A DNA stretch of 45,120 nt. Origin: a bacterium. Its GTDB lineage: Bacteria; Patescibacteriota; Patescibacteriia; SG8-24. The translations under genes and the position numbers were made by a program. The notes beneath the pieces are model-generated. The model saw only the letters and a list, made by a program, of their open reading frames with translations. It did not search any database and was not told the DNA's origin. Below are positions 1-8,483 of this stretch, piece after piece; position 1 is the stretch's first letter, and each line of letters starts with the position of its first letter. The stretch covers positions 1 to 45,120 of the forward strand of contig JAKAKZ010000006.1 of NCBI GenBank assembly GCA_021824285.1. Direction: 5' to 3'.

Positions 1-1
1 C

Positions 2-847
2 ACGTTCATCTATATTCCGCCGGGCGTGAAAGTCGCCCTGCCTTTCCAGGCCTATTTCCGCATGAACGCGGAACGCGGCGGCCAGTTCGAGCACACGCTC
101 ATCATCCTGGGCGAGGGCGCGGAAGCTACCTATATAGAAGGCTGCAGCGCTCCGCGGTTCGAGGCGTCGGCGCTTCATGCCGGCTGCGTGGAGCTGTTCG
201 TCGGCCGCGGCGCCAAACTGCGCTACATCAGCATCGAGAACTGGAGCAAGAACACCTTTAACCTGAACACCAAGCGGGCGCTGGTCGAGGAAGACGGCAC
301 GATCGAGTGGCTGAACGGCAACATGGGTTCGGGCCGCACCATGCTCTATCCGATGAGCGTGCTGCGCGGCGCCCGCGCCAAATCCGATTCGCTGGGCGTG
401 GCCTTCGCCGGACCCGGGCAGATCCAGGATACGGGCGCCAAGGTGGTACATGCGGCGCCGCACACCAGTTCCACGGTGCGGGCCAAGAGCATCAGCCGTA
501 ACGGGGGCGCCTCCGTGTTTCGCGGCTTAGTGCGCGTGGCGCCGGGCGCGGCCGAGAGCGCGGCCCGCGTGCAGTGCGACGCGCTGGTCGTCGGCGCGGA
601 TTCCGTTTCCGACACCTACCCTTCGATCCGCGTGGACAACGACAGTTCCGATGTGGCCCACGAGGCCACGGTCGGGCGCATCGGCGAGGAGCAGATCTTC
701 TACCTGATGAGCCGCGGTCTTACCGAACAGCAGGCGATCAAGACGGTCGTGGCCGGGTTCGTCGAGCCGGTGATCAAGCGCCTGCCGCTCGAATACGCGC
801 TCGAACTCCAGCGGCTCGTCGAACTGGAGATGGAGGGAGCCGTATGA
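2..847 (+). CDS. sufB: Fe-S cluster assembly protein SufB (5' truncated by window edge)
   Basis: Motifs GQFEHTLII, YIEGCSAP, LHAGCVE, HEATVGRIGEEQIFYLMSRGL, LPLEYALEL; frame is open back to position 2. Confidence 0.96.
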   Translation, partial: TFIYIPPGVKVALPFQAYFRMNAERGGQFEHTLIILGEGAEATYIEGCSAPRFEASALHAGCVELFVGRGAKLRYISIENWSKNTFNLNTKRALVEEDGTIEWLNGNMGSGRTMLYPMSVLRGARAKSDSLGVAFAGPGQIQDTGAKVVHAAPHTSSTVRAKSISRNGGASVFRGLVRVAPGAAESAARVQCDALVVGADSVSDTYPSIRVDNDSSDVAHEATVGRIGEEQIFYLMSRGLTEQQAIKTVVAGFVEPVIKRLPLEYALELQRLVELEMEGAV

Positions 848-1923
848 GCATTTCGTCGCAGAAAATTTCCAGTCAGAACTGGCCGGACCTGAAGTACGGT
901 CTTGGTTTGGCGTTCGATCCAGCGACGGTCGCCTGGCCGACCGGTCTGGCCACGGCGGAACAGGCGCTGGCCGTGCGGGCACCGCAGGGCGTCACGGTCC
1001 GCGCGGGCGGGACATCCGCGGTCGCGCCGAGTGACCGACTTGCGGTCAGTCACCGGTCGGCGGCCAAGGTCTGGCGCGTCGACGTGCCGGCCAATTTCCG
1101 CGCGGTTGAGCCGGTCGTCGTGGACACGCGTTTCAACCCGGGGTTCACGGCAGAGGAAATCGAAATCAGCGTCGGTGCCGGCTCACAGGTATCTTTCGTG
1201 GAGCACGGTCTGCCGGTTTCCGGGTCCGAGCCGGCCTTTCGCAGCGCCCGGTTGCGCCTTACGGCCGGCAGCGGCGCCAAAGTGAATTACGTCCGCCTGC
1301 AGGATGCCCAGCGGAGCGCCGTCGAATGGCATGAGAGCACGGTGCTGATCGGCGCCGGTGCCGAGGTCACATGGCTGGACGCCGTTTTCGGCGGCAATTT
1401 CGCGCATGCCGGCGTGGTCGCATCACTGGTGGGTGAGGGAGCCGCCTTCCGGCACCGGGCGCTGACGTTCGGCGATGCGGGACAGCGGTTTGACCTCATG
1501 GCGACCGCCTCCCACGAGGCTGCGCGCACGGTATCGGATATGGCCGTGCGCGGCGCGGTCGCGGCCGGCGCGAAAGCGATCGTGCGGGGGCGCGTGACCG
1601 TGAAAAATGGTACGATGGGTTGCGTAGGCCGCCAGGAACTGCGCGGCTTCATCCTGGCGCCGGGCGCCGAATTCGACGCCCAGCCGCAGCTCGAGACCGG
1701 CACCGAGGACGTGCGCGCCAGCCACGCGGCCGCCGTCGGCCGGCTGGACCGTGAAAAGCTGTTCTACCTCATGGCGCGCGGATTGGACCGCGCGACCGCC
1801 GTGCGCCTGCTGACCGAAGCCTTCTTCGCGCCGCTTCTCGCCGTGATGCGCGGCTCGGGCCTCGAGGAGGCCGCAGCCTGCATCATCACCGAGCGCCTGA
1901 AGGCGCTCACCGATCGTCTATGA
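844..1923 (+). CDS. sufD: SufD-family Fe-S assembly protein
   Basis: C-terminal PQLE..EDVRASHAAAVGRLDREKLFYLMARGL; ATG 844 overlaps the sufB stop (ATGA), so the track start at 574 is too long. Confidence 0.9.
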   Translation: MSISSQKISSQNWPDLKYGLGLAFDPATVAWPTGLATAEQALAVRAPQGVTVRAGGTSAVAPSDRLAVSHRSAAKVWRVDVPANFRAVEPVVVDTRFNPGFTAEEIEISVGAGSQVSFVEHGLPVSGSEPAFRSARLRLTAGSGAKVNYVRLQDAQRSAVEWHESTVLIGAGAEVTWLDAVFGGNFAHAGVVASLVGEGAAFRHRALTFGDAGQRFDLMATASHEAARTVSDMAVRGAVAAGAKAIVRGRVTVKNGTMGCVGRQELRGFILAPGAEFDAQPQLETGTEDVRASHAAAVGRLDREKLFYLMARGLDRATAVRLLTEAFFAPLLAVMRGSGLEEAAACIITERLKALTDRL

Positions 1924-3149
1924 CGAACCGCCCACCGCTTGACGTCCGCCGCCTGCGGCAGGATTTCCCCCTGCTCGCCGCCGACCCGTCGCTGCATTAC
2001 CTCGATTCCGCGGCCTCTTCCCAGACGCCGGTGCAGGTGCTCGAGGCCATGGACAATTATTACCGGCATTTCCGCGCCAACGTACACCGTGGCATGTACC
2101 GCGCCAGTGAGACGGCCAGCGTCCGTTTCGAAGAGGTGCGCCGCAAGGCCGCGGACCTGATCGGCGCGCATGAGGAGGAGATCGTTTTCACGCGCGGCAC
2201 CACGGAATCGCTCAATGTCCTGGCGATCGCTTTGACCCGGAAGCTCGGGCCGGGCGATGAGGTCTGCCTGTCCGCCCTGGAGCACCACGCCAATCTGGTC
2301 CCCTGGCAGATGGCCGCCAAGGTGCGCGGTTTCGCGCTGAAAGTCCTGCCGCTCGATACCGAGGGCCGGCTGGATCTCGAGGCAGCGCGGACGCTCATCG
2401 GACCGCGCACCAAAGTCGTGAGCGTGGCGCATGTCTCCAACGTGCTCGGCACGATCGTGCCGGTGCAGGAAGTGGCTGCCTTGGCCCACGCGCAGGGTGC
2501 GCTTTGCGTGGTGGATGCGGCCCAGTCCGTCGGCCATCTGCCGATTGACGTACGCCGGTTGGAGATCGATTTTCTGGCCTTCTCCGGCCACAAGGCGCTC
2601 GGCCCGACCGGTACGGGCGTGCTCTGGGGCCGCAAGAGCCTGCTCGACGGGCTGGAACCGGTCTTCTATGGCGGCGACATGATCCAGGAGGTCTTCTGGG
2701 ACCGCGCGACGTGGAACGAAACCCCGTGGAAGTTCGAAGCCGGTACGCCGGATGTCGGCGGCATCATCGGCCTAGGCGCGGCGTGTGACTATCTGCGTCT
2801 CGTCGGCGTGGAAGTCATTCGCCGACATGAGCTGGAGCTCTTGGCTTACGCGTTGGACAAGCTGCGGGCGGTGCCGGGCGTGAAGCTGCTCGGTCCGGCG
2901 CGGGCAGAGGAGCGGAGCGGCGCGATCTCTTTCTCCGTCGCCGGCGTCCATCCTCACGATCTCGCCACCGTGCTCGATACCGAAAACGTGGCCATCCGGG
3001 CTGGGCACCATTGCGCCATGCCGCTCCTGCGCGACCTGGGGCTCATCGAAGGCACGGCGCGCGCCAGCCTGCACCTTTATTCCGTGCCCGAGGACATCGA
3101 TGCCCTAATTACCGGCATCGCCAAGGCACAGAAAATTTTCCGGGTATGA
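1920..3149 (+). CDS. sufS: Cysteine desulfurase SufS
   Basis: YLDSAAS, ANVHRG, EHHANLVPW, PLP lysine in FSGHK, catalytic RAGHHCA; ATGA overlap with sufD. Confidence 0.97.
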   Translation: MTNRPPLDVRRLRQDFPLLAADPSLHYLDSAASSQTPVQVLEAMDNYYRHFRANVHRGMYRASETASVRFEEVRRKAADLIGAHEEEIVFTRGTTESLNVLAIALTRKLGPGDEVCLSALEHHANLVPWQMAAKVRGFALKVLPLDTEGRLDLEAARTLIGPRTKVVSVAHVSNVLGTIVPVQEVAALAHAQGALCVVDAAQSVGHLPIDVRRLEIDFLAFSGHKALGPTGTGVLWGRKSLLDGLEPVFYGGDMIQEVFWDRATWNETPWKFEAGTPDVGGIIGLGAACDYLRLVGVEVIRRHELELLAYALDKLRAVPGVKLLGPARAEERSGAISFSVAGVHPHDLATVLDTENVAIRAGHHCAMPLLRDLGLIEGTARASLHLYSVPEDIDALITGIAKAQKIFRV

Positions 3150-3541
3150 CCGCTGAACCTATTCACGACGCATCCGAGGAGCTTTACCGCGAGCAGCTTT
3201 TGGACCGCTACCGCGAGCCGCAGCACCGCGGACGGCCGGAACGGTTCGATCATAGCCACCGGGAGCTGAACGTTACCTGTGGTGACACTTGCGAGGTCTT
3301 CGTGCGTTTTGACGAAGGTCATGTCGGTGAGGCGCGCTTCGAGGGGCGCGGCTGTGCCATCAGCATGGCCGCCGCCGACCTGCTCATGGAGGCCATGGTC
3401 GGCAAGAGCGCGACTGAGATCAGTGCGCTCACCGAGGCGGATATGCTAAAGATTCTGGGCGTACCGGTCGGACCGGCCCGCCTGAAGTGCGCGACGCTGG
3501 CGCTTAAGACGCTGCAGAAGGCGCTTTTGGAACAGAAATGA
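3146..3541 (+). CDS. sufU: SufU/IscU-family sulfur-transfer scaffold
   Basis: NVTCGD, GCAISMAA, RLKCA (three Cys plus Asp); ATG 3146 overlaps the sufS stop. Confidence 0.92.
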   Translation: MTAEPIHDASEELYREQLLDRYREPQHRGRPERFDHSHRELNVTCGDTCEVFVRFDEGHVGEARFEGRGCAISMAAADLLMEAMVGKSATEISALTEADMLKILGVPVGPARLKCATLALKTLQKALLEQK

Positions 3542-3542
3542 T

Positions 3543-4280
3543 ATGCCACTGGAGATTAAAGGACTAAAAGCCGGACGCGACGGCAAGGAGATCGTGCGCG
3601 GCGTGACTCTGACCCTGGCTTCAGGCGAAGTCGAGGCAGTTATGGGGCCGAACGGCTCGGGCAAATCAACTTTGGCCGGTGCGCTCATGGGCCATCCGGC
3701 ACATCAGGTGCTCGGCGGGCGAATCCTGCTCGACGGCGAGGATATCACCGCTTGGCCGCCGGATCGCCGCTCGCGGGCCGGGATCTTCCTGTCGTTCCAG
3801 AATCCGCCGGAGATCCCCGGCGTCACCGTGGCCAACTTCCTGCGCGCGGCCGTGAACGCCCGCCGCGAGAAGCCGCTGTCCGTGCCGGAGTTCCACGCGC
3901 GGCTCAAGACCGAGATGGCGGAGCTGAAGATGGATCCGTCTTTCGCCTCCCGGAGCCTGAACGAGGGTTTCTCCGGCGGCGAGCGCAAGCGGCTCGAGAC
4001 CCTGCAGCTGATCCTGCTTGCGCCGAAATACGCTATTCTTGACGAGACCGATTCGGGTCTGGACGTGGATGCGCTGCGCACGGTCACCGAAGGCATCGAG
4101 CGGGCCCGGCGGAACGGCACAGGACTGCTCGTCATCACGCATTACACCCGTATTCTGGAACTCCTGAAGCCGACGCATGTCCACGTGCTCGTCGGCGGCC
4201 TCATCGTCCAGAGCGGCGGACCGGAGCTGGCGGCGGAGACGGAGAAGAGCGGATATGACCGCTATCTGAATCAGCAGTAA
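3543..4280 (+). CDS. sufC: Fe-S assembly ATPase SufC
   Basis: MGPNGSGKST, FQNPPEIPGV, NEGFSGGERKR, LDETDSGLDVDAL, ITHY. Confidence 0.97.
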   Translation: MPLEIKGLKAGRDGKEIVRGVTLTLASGEVEAVMGPNGSGKSTLAGALMGHPAHQVLGGRILLDGEDITAWPPDRRSRAGIFLSFQNPPEIPGVTVANFLRAAVNARREKPLSVPEFHARLKTEMAELKMDPSFASRSLNEGFSGGERKRLETLQLILLAPKYAILDETDSGLDVDALRTVTEGIERARRNGTGLLVITHYTRILELLKPTHVHVLVGGLIVQSGGPELAAETEKSGYDRYLNQQ

Positions 4281-4281
4281 T

Positions 4282-4572
4282 ATGGTGTTCAAGGACGAAA
4301 TCATCGAAATCCTGAAGAACTATCTGGATCCGGAAATCGGCGTCGACGTCTGGACGCTCGGTTTCGTGCGCCAGCTCGATTTCGACGAGAAGAAGCAGGC
4401 GCTCAAGCTCGTCATGACGCTGACTTCGCCCATGTGCCCGCTCGGGTCGCAGATGACCGCGGAGCTTGAAAAGAAATTCCGCGACTTGGGCGTCAAGGAT
4501 GTCGCGATTTCCCTGACTTTCGATCCGCCCTGGGAGCCGCCGTCCGAGGTGCGGGAAATGCTGGGGCTTTGA
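4282..4572 (+). CDS. DUF59/SufT-like metal-sulfur cluster assembly factor
   Basis: DPEIG..LG, MTLTSPMCP, FDPPW motifs; last gene of the suf operon. Confidence 0.92.
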   Translation: MVFKDEIIEILKNYLDPEIGVDVWTLGFVRQLDFDEKKQALKLVMTLTSPMCPLGSQMTAELEKKFRDLGVKDVAISLTFDPPWEPPSEVREMLGL

Positions 4573-4709
4573 AGTGGAGAGTTTGCAGCGGGAAGCGTGA
4601 AGGGTAGAGTCTGGAGTGAAAGAGAAAACCGCGCTTGGTAGCGCGGTTTTCGATTTATCAGAGTCGAAGCCTTCTTTAATTCCTAACTTCAAACTCCCCA
4701 CTTCACACT
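4573..4709. repeat. Degenerate 7-bp periodic arrays in inverted orientation flanking a terminator
   Basis: AGTGGAG AGTTTGC AGCGGGA AGCGTGA AGGGTAG AGTCTGG AGTGAAA (4573-4621); CCTAACT TCAAACT CCCCACT TCACACT (4682-4709). Confidence 0.65.
4624..4651. terminator. Bidirectional intrinsic terminator between the convergent suf operon and ahpC
   Basis: Perfect 12-bp inverted repeat GAAAACCGCGCT-tggt-AGCGCGGTTTTC. Confidence 0.85.
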
Positions 4710-4712
4710 TCT

Positions 4713-5234
4713 TCAGGCTTTCCCCAGCGTCTTCTCGCCCGGCTTCCAGCCGAGTTGGCAGAGCTCGCCGGTCTGGAGCGCGGCGAGCACGCGTAGGGTC
4801 TCATCCACGTTGCGGCCGATGCTGTTGTCGTGGTAGAGGGCGTAGCGCAGGTTGCCGTCCGGATCGATGATGAACGTGCCGCGGGTGGCGACGCCGTCAT
4901 CCTCGAGGTAGACGCCATAGGCGCGAGAGACCTCGTGCCTCTGGTCGGCGAGCAGGGGATAGTTGATGTCGCCGAGGCTGCCGGCCAGCCAGGCCTTGTG
5001 CGAGTGCTTCGAGTCGGTGGAAGCGCCGAACACCATGGCGTTCAGCTTCTTGAATTCCTCGATGCGCGTCGAGAAGCCGGTGATCTCGGTCGGGCAGATG
5101 AAGGTGAAGTCGAGCGGGTAGAAGAAGAGCACGACCCACTTGCCCCTCTGCTCCGTGAGCTTGAAGTTCTTGAATTCGCCGTGCAGCACGCCCTCAAGGG
5201 CGAAGTCCGGCGCTGGTTTTCCGATGTTCGGCAT
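4713..5234 (-). CDS. ahpC: 2-Cys peroxiredoxin (AhpC/Prx1)
   Basis: FFYPLDFTFICPTEI, RGTFIIDPDG, IGRNVDE, resolving Cys in GELCQLGW. Confidence 0.95.
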   Translation of the reverse strand: MPNIGKPAPDFALEGVLHGEFKNFKLTEQRGKWVVLFFYPLDFTFICPTEITGFSTRIEEFKKLNAMVFGASTDSKHSHKAWLAGSLGDINYPLLADQRHEVSRAYGVYLEDDGVATRGTFIIDPDGNLRYALYHDNSIGRNVDETLRVLAALQTGELCQLGWKPGEKTLGKA

Positions 5235-5266
5235 AGATTTGGTGAGTGATGGATGGTTAAAGTCGA

Positions 5267-5872
5267 TTACTGCCGATGGTCGGCCAGGCGGTACTTCTCG
5301 GCGATGACTGCGGCAGCCCGCCAGTCGACGTGGCGCATGAAGGTCTCGATGTACTTCTTGCGCGCCGTGGCGTAGTCCACGAAGTAGGCGTGCTCGTAGA
5401 CATCGAGCACAAGGAGCGGGATGGCGCCCCAGATGCCGCCCTGGTTGTGCAGGTCGGCGATGTAGTTGTGCAGCTTGCCGTCGGCCAGGTCAAAGGCCAG
5501 GACGACCCAGCCGCGGCTGGCGAGGCCGAGCGCGGCGAATTCCTCGGACCACTTTTCGAGCGAGCCGAAGTCCTGGGCGATCCAGTCCTTCACCGGACCG
5601 GCATCGGCATTGCCGCCGTCGGTCAGGTTGTCGAAGTAGCGCTCGTGCAGGATGACGCCGTTTAGGGCGAAACCTTCCTCGAGCTTGAGTTCGCGGAGCT
5701 GGCTGAACGTGGCGTTCGCCGCGGCGCGGTCGGCCGCGGTGAGCGCGGTCCTGATCTCGTTGACCTTCTTGACGTAGCCGGCATAGAGCACGTCATGGTG
5801 TTCGGCCAGCTGCTTTTCCGAGAGCCCGGCCAGTTCCTTGTACTTGAGCGGTTTCACGGTAAATTCAGACAT
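5267..5872 (-). CDS. Fe/Mn superoxide dismutase family protein
   Basis: EHHDVLYAGYV, LHERYF, SRGWVVL, LDVYEHAYFVDY. Confidence 0.92.
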   Translation of the reverse strand: MSEFTVKPLKYKELAGLSEKQLAEHHDVLYAGYVKKVNEIRTALTAADRAAANATFSQLRELKLEEGFALNGVILHERYFDNLTDGGNADAGPVKDWIAQDFGSLEKWSEEFAALGLASRGWVVLAFDLADGKLHNYIADLHNQGGIWGAIPLLVLDVYEHAYFVDYATARKKYIETFMRHVDWRAAAVIAEKYRLADHRQ

Positions 5873-6014
5873 ATGTCAGGGTTAGATATTTATTTCAGGT
5901 GCCGACTCCGGCTCCTGAACGTGTTATAATACCACAGGCAAGATAGGATTTCATAGTTAGGGTCAAGACCCGTCTAAATTTCGGCGCCGGTTCCGGCGGC
6001 TAACCTCAGAGGTT

Positions 6015-6353
6015 ATGATCGGTCAGAGCAAAAACAGCCATTCTTCCCGGATATTGCGCATTGGTTACGGGCTGCTTGCCGCGCTGCTTCTGGCCGGCAG
6101 CGGGTGCGTCGAACTGGTGCCACGCGGGAATCCGGCGGTGACCTCCGACTCTGCGGCGGAAACCCAGGCGACGACTGGGGAAGGAACTGCAACCACTGAC
6201 GGTGTGGCGTCCGCGGCGGAGGTGCCGGCGGCCACGGACATGGCCGCGACCGTGGATAAGGCTCAACCCACTGGAGATGCCGGTGAGGCGACCGCAACAT
6301 CTGACGTAACAGGAGATACGACCGCCACTTCCGACAATGCGGCCAGCCAATGA
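6015..6353 (+). CDS. Putative lipoprotein, Thr/Ala/Asp-rich low complexity
   Basis: Basic N-terminus, hydrophobic stretch, LLAGSG-C lipobox-like motif; followed by a terminator. Confidence 0.65.
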   Translation: MIGQSKNSHSSRILRIGYGLLAALLLAGSGCVELVPRGNPAVTSDSAAETQATTGEGTATTDGVASAAEVPAATDMAATVDKAQPTGDAGEATATSDVTGDTTATSDNAASQ

Positions 6354-6364
6354 GCCGGAAGAAT

Positions 6365-6388
6365 AGCGCCGTCCGAGCGGCGCTTTTT
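6365..6388 (+). terminator. Intrinsic terminator
   Basis: AGCGCCG-tccgag-CGGCGCT followed by TTTT. Confidence 0.75.
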
Positions 6389-6415
6389 CGATTGCCGTAG
6401 AATCCTAGTAACGCC

Positions 6416-6444
6416 TTGATATTTGGCCGTAACTGCGCTATATT
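6416..6444 (+). promoter_or_regulatory. Sigma70-like promoter of thiI (very short leader)
   Basis: TTGATA-17 nt-TATATT, 12 nt before the ATG. Confidence 0.6.
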
Positions 6445-6456
6445 TCAGCGACTTTT

Positions 6457-7632
6457 ATGTTCGATACGGTCGTCATCCGCACCAACGAACTCTGCCTTAA
6501 GGGCGGCAACCGGGCGTTCTTCGAGAACCGCCTGCTTGAGGATGCACGCGGCCGCCTACGGGACATTCCGGGACTGAAGTACCGGCGTGACCAGGGCAAG
6601 ATTGTCATTCAGCGCGACGGAGTGTTGAACGACGATGAGACCGCGGCCATTCGGACCGCGCTCTCGACCGTCTTCGGCATCGGCAACTGGTCGTTCGCGG
6701 CCGGCTGCGCCAAGGACCTTGATGTCGTCGCCCAGACCACGGCCCGGGCGCTCGCGGACCGGCAGGGGAGCTTCAAGATCGAATCTCGGCGCGAGGACAA
6801 GTCGTATCCCCTGGAATCCATCCAATTGTCCCAGGAGATCGCCAAGCGCCTTCTGCCGTTGGTTCCGCATCTTACGGTGGACGTGCATGAGCCGGATACC
6901 ACGATTACGGTGAGCGTCCTAAAGGACGGCATGCGGGTGCAGGCCGGGCGGGAGGAGGGTCTCGGCGGTCTGCCGGCTGGTTCAGCCGGTCGTCTGGCTT
7001 GCCTGCTTTCCGGCGGCATCGATTCGCCCGTGGCGGCCTGGCGGATGATGCGCCGCGGTTGCCGTGCCGTGCTCGTGCACTGCCACAGCTATCCGTACGT
7101 GAGCGATGCCTCTATCCAGAAGGTGCGGCGGCTGGCCGAGCGGCTGGCAGAATTCCAGGGCGAGACCCTGCTTTACCTCGTGCCGATTTCCGAGGCCCAG
7201 CAGGCCATCGTGGCGAAAGCCCCGGAACCGCTGCGCGTCGTGCTGTATCGCCGGTTCATGCTGCGTGCCGCGGAAGAGATCGCCCGGCGCAACAAGGCAC
7301 ACGGCACGGTCACGGGCGACAGCGTCGGCCAAGTGGCCTCGCAGACGCTTGAGAACCTGCGGGCCGTCTCCGCTGTCGCGACTTTGCCGATCCATCGGCC
7401 GCTCGTGGCGAACGACAAGGAGGAGACCGTGGCCATCGCCAAGCGCATCGGCACCTACGCCACGTCCATCGAGGCGCAGGACGACTGCTGCAGCCTGTTC
7501 ATGCCGCGCGCGCCCGAGCTCCGGGCCACGGCCGAGGAATGTGCGGCCGCGGAAGAGCTGTATGATGTGCCTGGCCTGCTGCGGGCGGCGCTCGAGAAGG
7601 CGGAGAAGGTCGAGTTCCGCCGCCGAAAATGA
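6457..7632 (+). CDS. thiI: tRNA 4-thiouridine synthase ThiI (no rhodanese domain)
   Basis: ELCLKGGNR, THUMP region, GLGGLPAG, PP-loop LLSGGIDSPVA, GDSVGQVASQT, DDCC. Confidence 0.95.
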   Translation: MFDTVVIRTNELCLKGGNRAFFENRLLEDARGRLRDIPGLKYRRDQGKIVIQRDGVLNDDETAAIRTALSTVFGIGNWSFAAGCAKDLDVVAQTTARALADRQGSFKIESRREDKSYPLESIQLSQEIAKRLLPLVPHLTVDVHEPDTTITVSVLKDGMRVQAGREEGLGGLPAGSAGRLACLLSGGIDSPVAAWRMMRRGCRAVLVHCHSYPYVSDASIQKVRRLAERLAEFQGETLLYLVPISEAQQAIVAKAPEPLRVVLYRRFMLRAAEEIARRNKAHGTVTGDSVGQVASQTLENLRAVSAVATLPIHRPLVANDKEETVAIAKRIGTYATSIEAQDDCCSLFMPRAPELRATAEECAAAEELYDVPGLLRAALEKAEKVEFRRRK

Positions 7633-7646
7633 TACTATTTGAGCAA

Positions 7647-7727
7647 GTTTAAAGTTTAGGGTTTAGAGTTTAGGGTTTGAACGGCATTATGGCGATAACT
7701 TTCAACTCTAAGCTTTAAACTCTAAAC
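7647..7727. repeat. Inverted heptamer arrays (GTTTARR)n ... (TYTAAAC)n
   Basis: GTTTAAA GTTTAGG GTTTAGA GTTTAGG GTTTGAA (7647-7681); TTTCAAC TCTAAGC TTTAAAC TCTAAAC (7700-7727). Confidence 0.85.
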
Positions 7728-7734
7728 CACCACA

Positions 7735-8406
7735 ATGGGCACCCTCTACGTCATCGCTACGCCAATCGGCAATCTGGAGGACGTCACCTTCCGGGCGGTG
7801 GAGACCTTGAAGTCTCTCGACCTCCTGCTCTGCGAGGATACCCGCGTCACGCGGCGGCTTTTGGACAGATATAATATAGAGGTGCGCACCGAAAGCTATC
7901 GGGAGCAGGTGCATTTTCAGAAGATCACGCACGTGGCCGAACTCCTGCGGGAAGGGAAGCGGGTCGGTATCGTCTCGGACGCCGGCACGCCCGGCATCTC
8001 TGATCCCGGGTTCCGGCTGGTGCGCGACGTGCTGGCGGCTGTGCCGGACACGACGGTCGTGCCGATTCCTGGTCCGTCGGCCGTGGTCGCGGCGCTTTCC
8101 GTCTCCGGCCTGCCCTCCGACTCCTTCGTCTTCCTGGGTTTTCCGCCGCACAAGAAGGGCCGGAGCGCGCTATTCAAGGAAGCCATGAGCCAGGACAGGA
8201 CGACCGTGCTTTACGAGTCCACGCACCGCATTGAGAAGGCGCTGGCCGAGATCGCGGCGCTCGACCCGAACCGCCAGCTGGCCGTCGGCCGCGAACTGAC
8301 CAAGATGTTCGAGACGGTCTACCGCGGCACGGCCGCCGAAGTCATGGCGGCGCTCGAAATGACGTCCACAAAAGGAGAGTTTGTCATCGTAATTGCGCCG
8401 AAGTAA
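7735..8406 (+). CDS. rsmI: 16S rRNA C1402 2'-O-methyltransferase RsmI
   Basis: LYVIATPIGNLED, CEDTR, VSDAGTPGISDPG, RELTKMFE, KGEFVIV. Confidence 0.97.
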   Translation: MGTLYVIATPIGNLEDVTFRAVETLKSLDLLLCEDTRVTRRLLDRYNIEVRTESYREQVHFQKITHVAELLREGKRVGIVSDAGTPGISDPGFRLVRDVLAAVPDTTVVPIPGPSAVVAALSVSGLPSDSFVFLGFPPHKKGRSALFKEAMSQDRTTVLYESTHRIEKALAEIAALDPNRQLAVGRELTKMFETVYRGTAAEVMAALEMTSTKGEFVIVIAPK

Positions 8407-8407
8407 G

Positions 8408-8470
8408 TTGCGGAGATGCGAAGACGCGGAGCGACGGAGCATCTTACTCCGCATCTCCGCTTCTCCGCGC
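8408..8470. repeat. Inverted octamer arrays (NNRCGGAG)n ... (CTCCGCNN)n
   Basis: TTGCGGAG ATGCGAAG ACGCGGAG CGACGGAG (8408-8439); CTCCGCAT CTCCGCTT CTCCGCGC (8447-8470). Confidence 0.85.
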
Positions 8471-8483
8471 CTCAATCACTATT

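Noticed and set aside
5930-5970. Possible Rrf2/PerR-type operator upstream of sod
   Set aside because: AT-rich, but no convincing palindrome or consensus match could be established by eye
7654-7678. TTTAGGG resembles the plant telomere repeat
   Set aside because: Only two exact units inside a degenerate inverted heptamer array between bacterial genes; one of many local arrays with other unit sequences, so not a telomere or eukaryotic contamination
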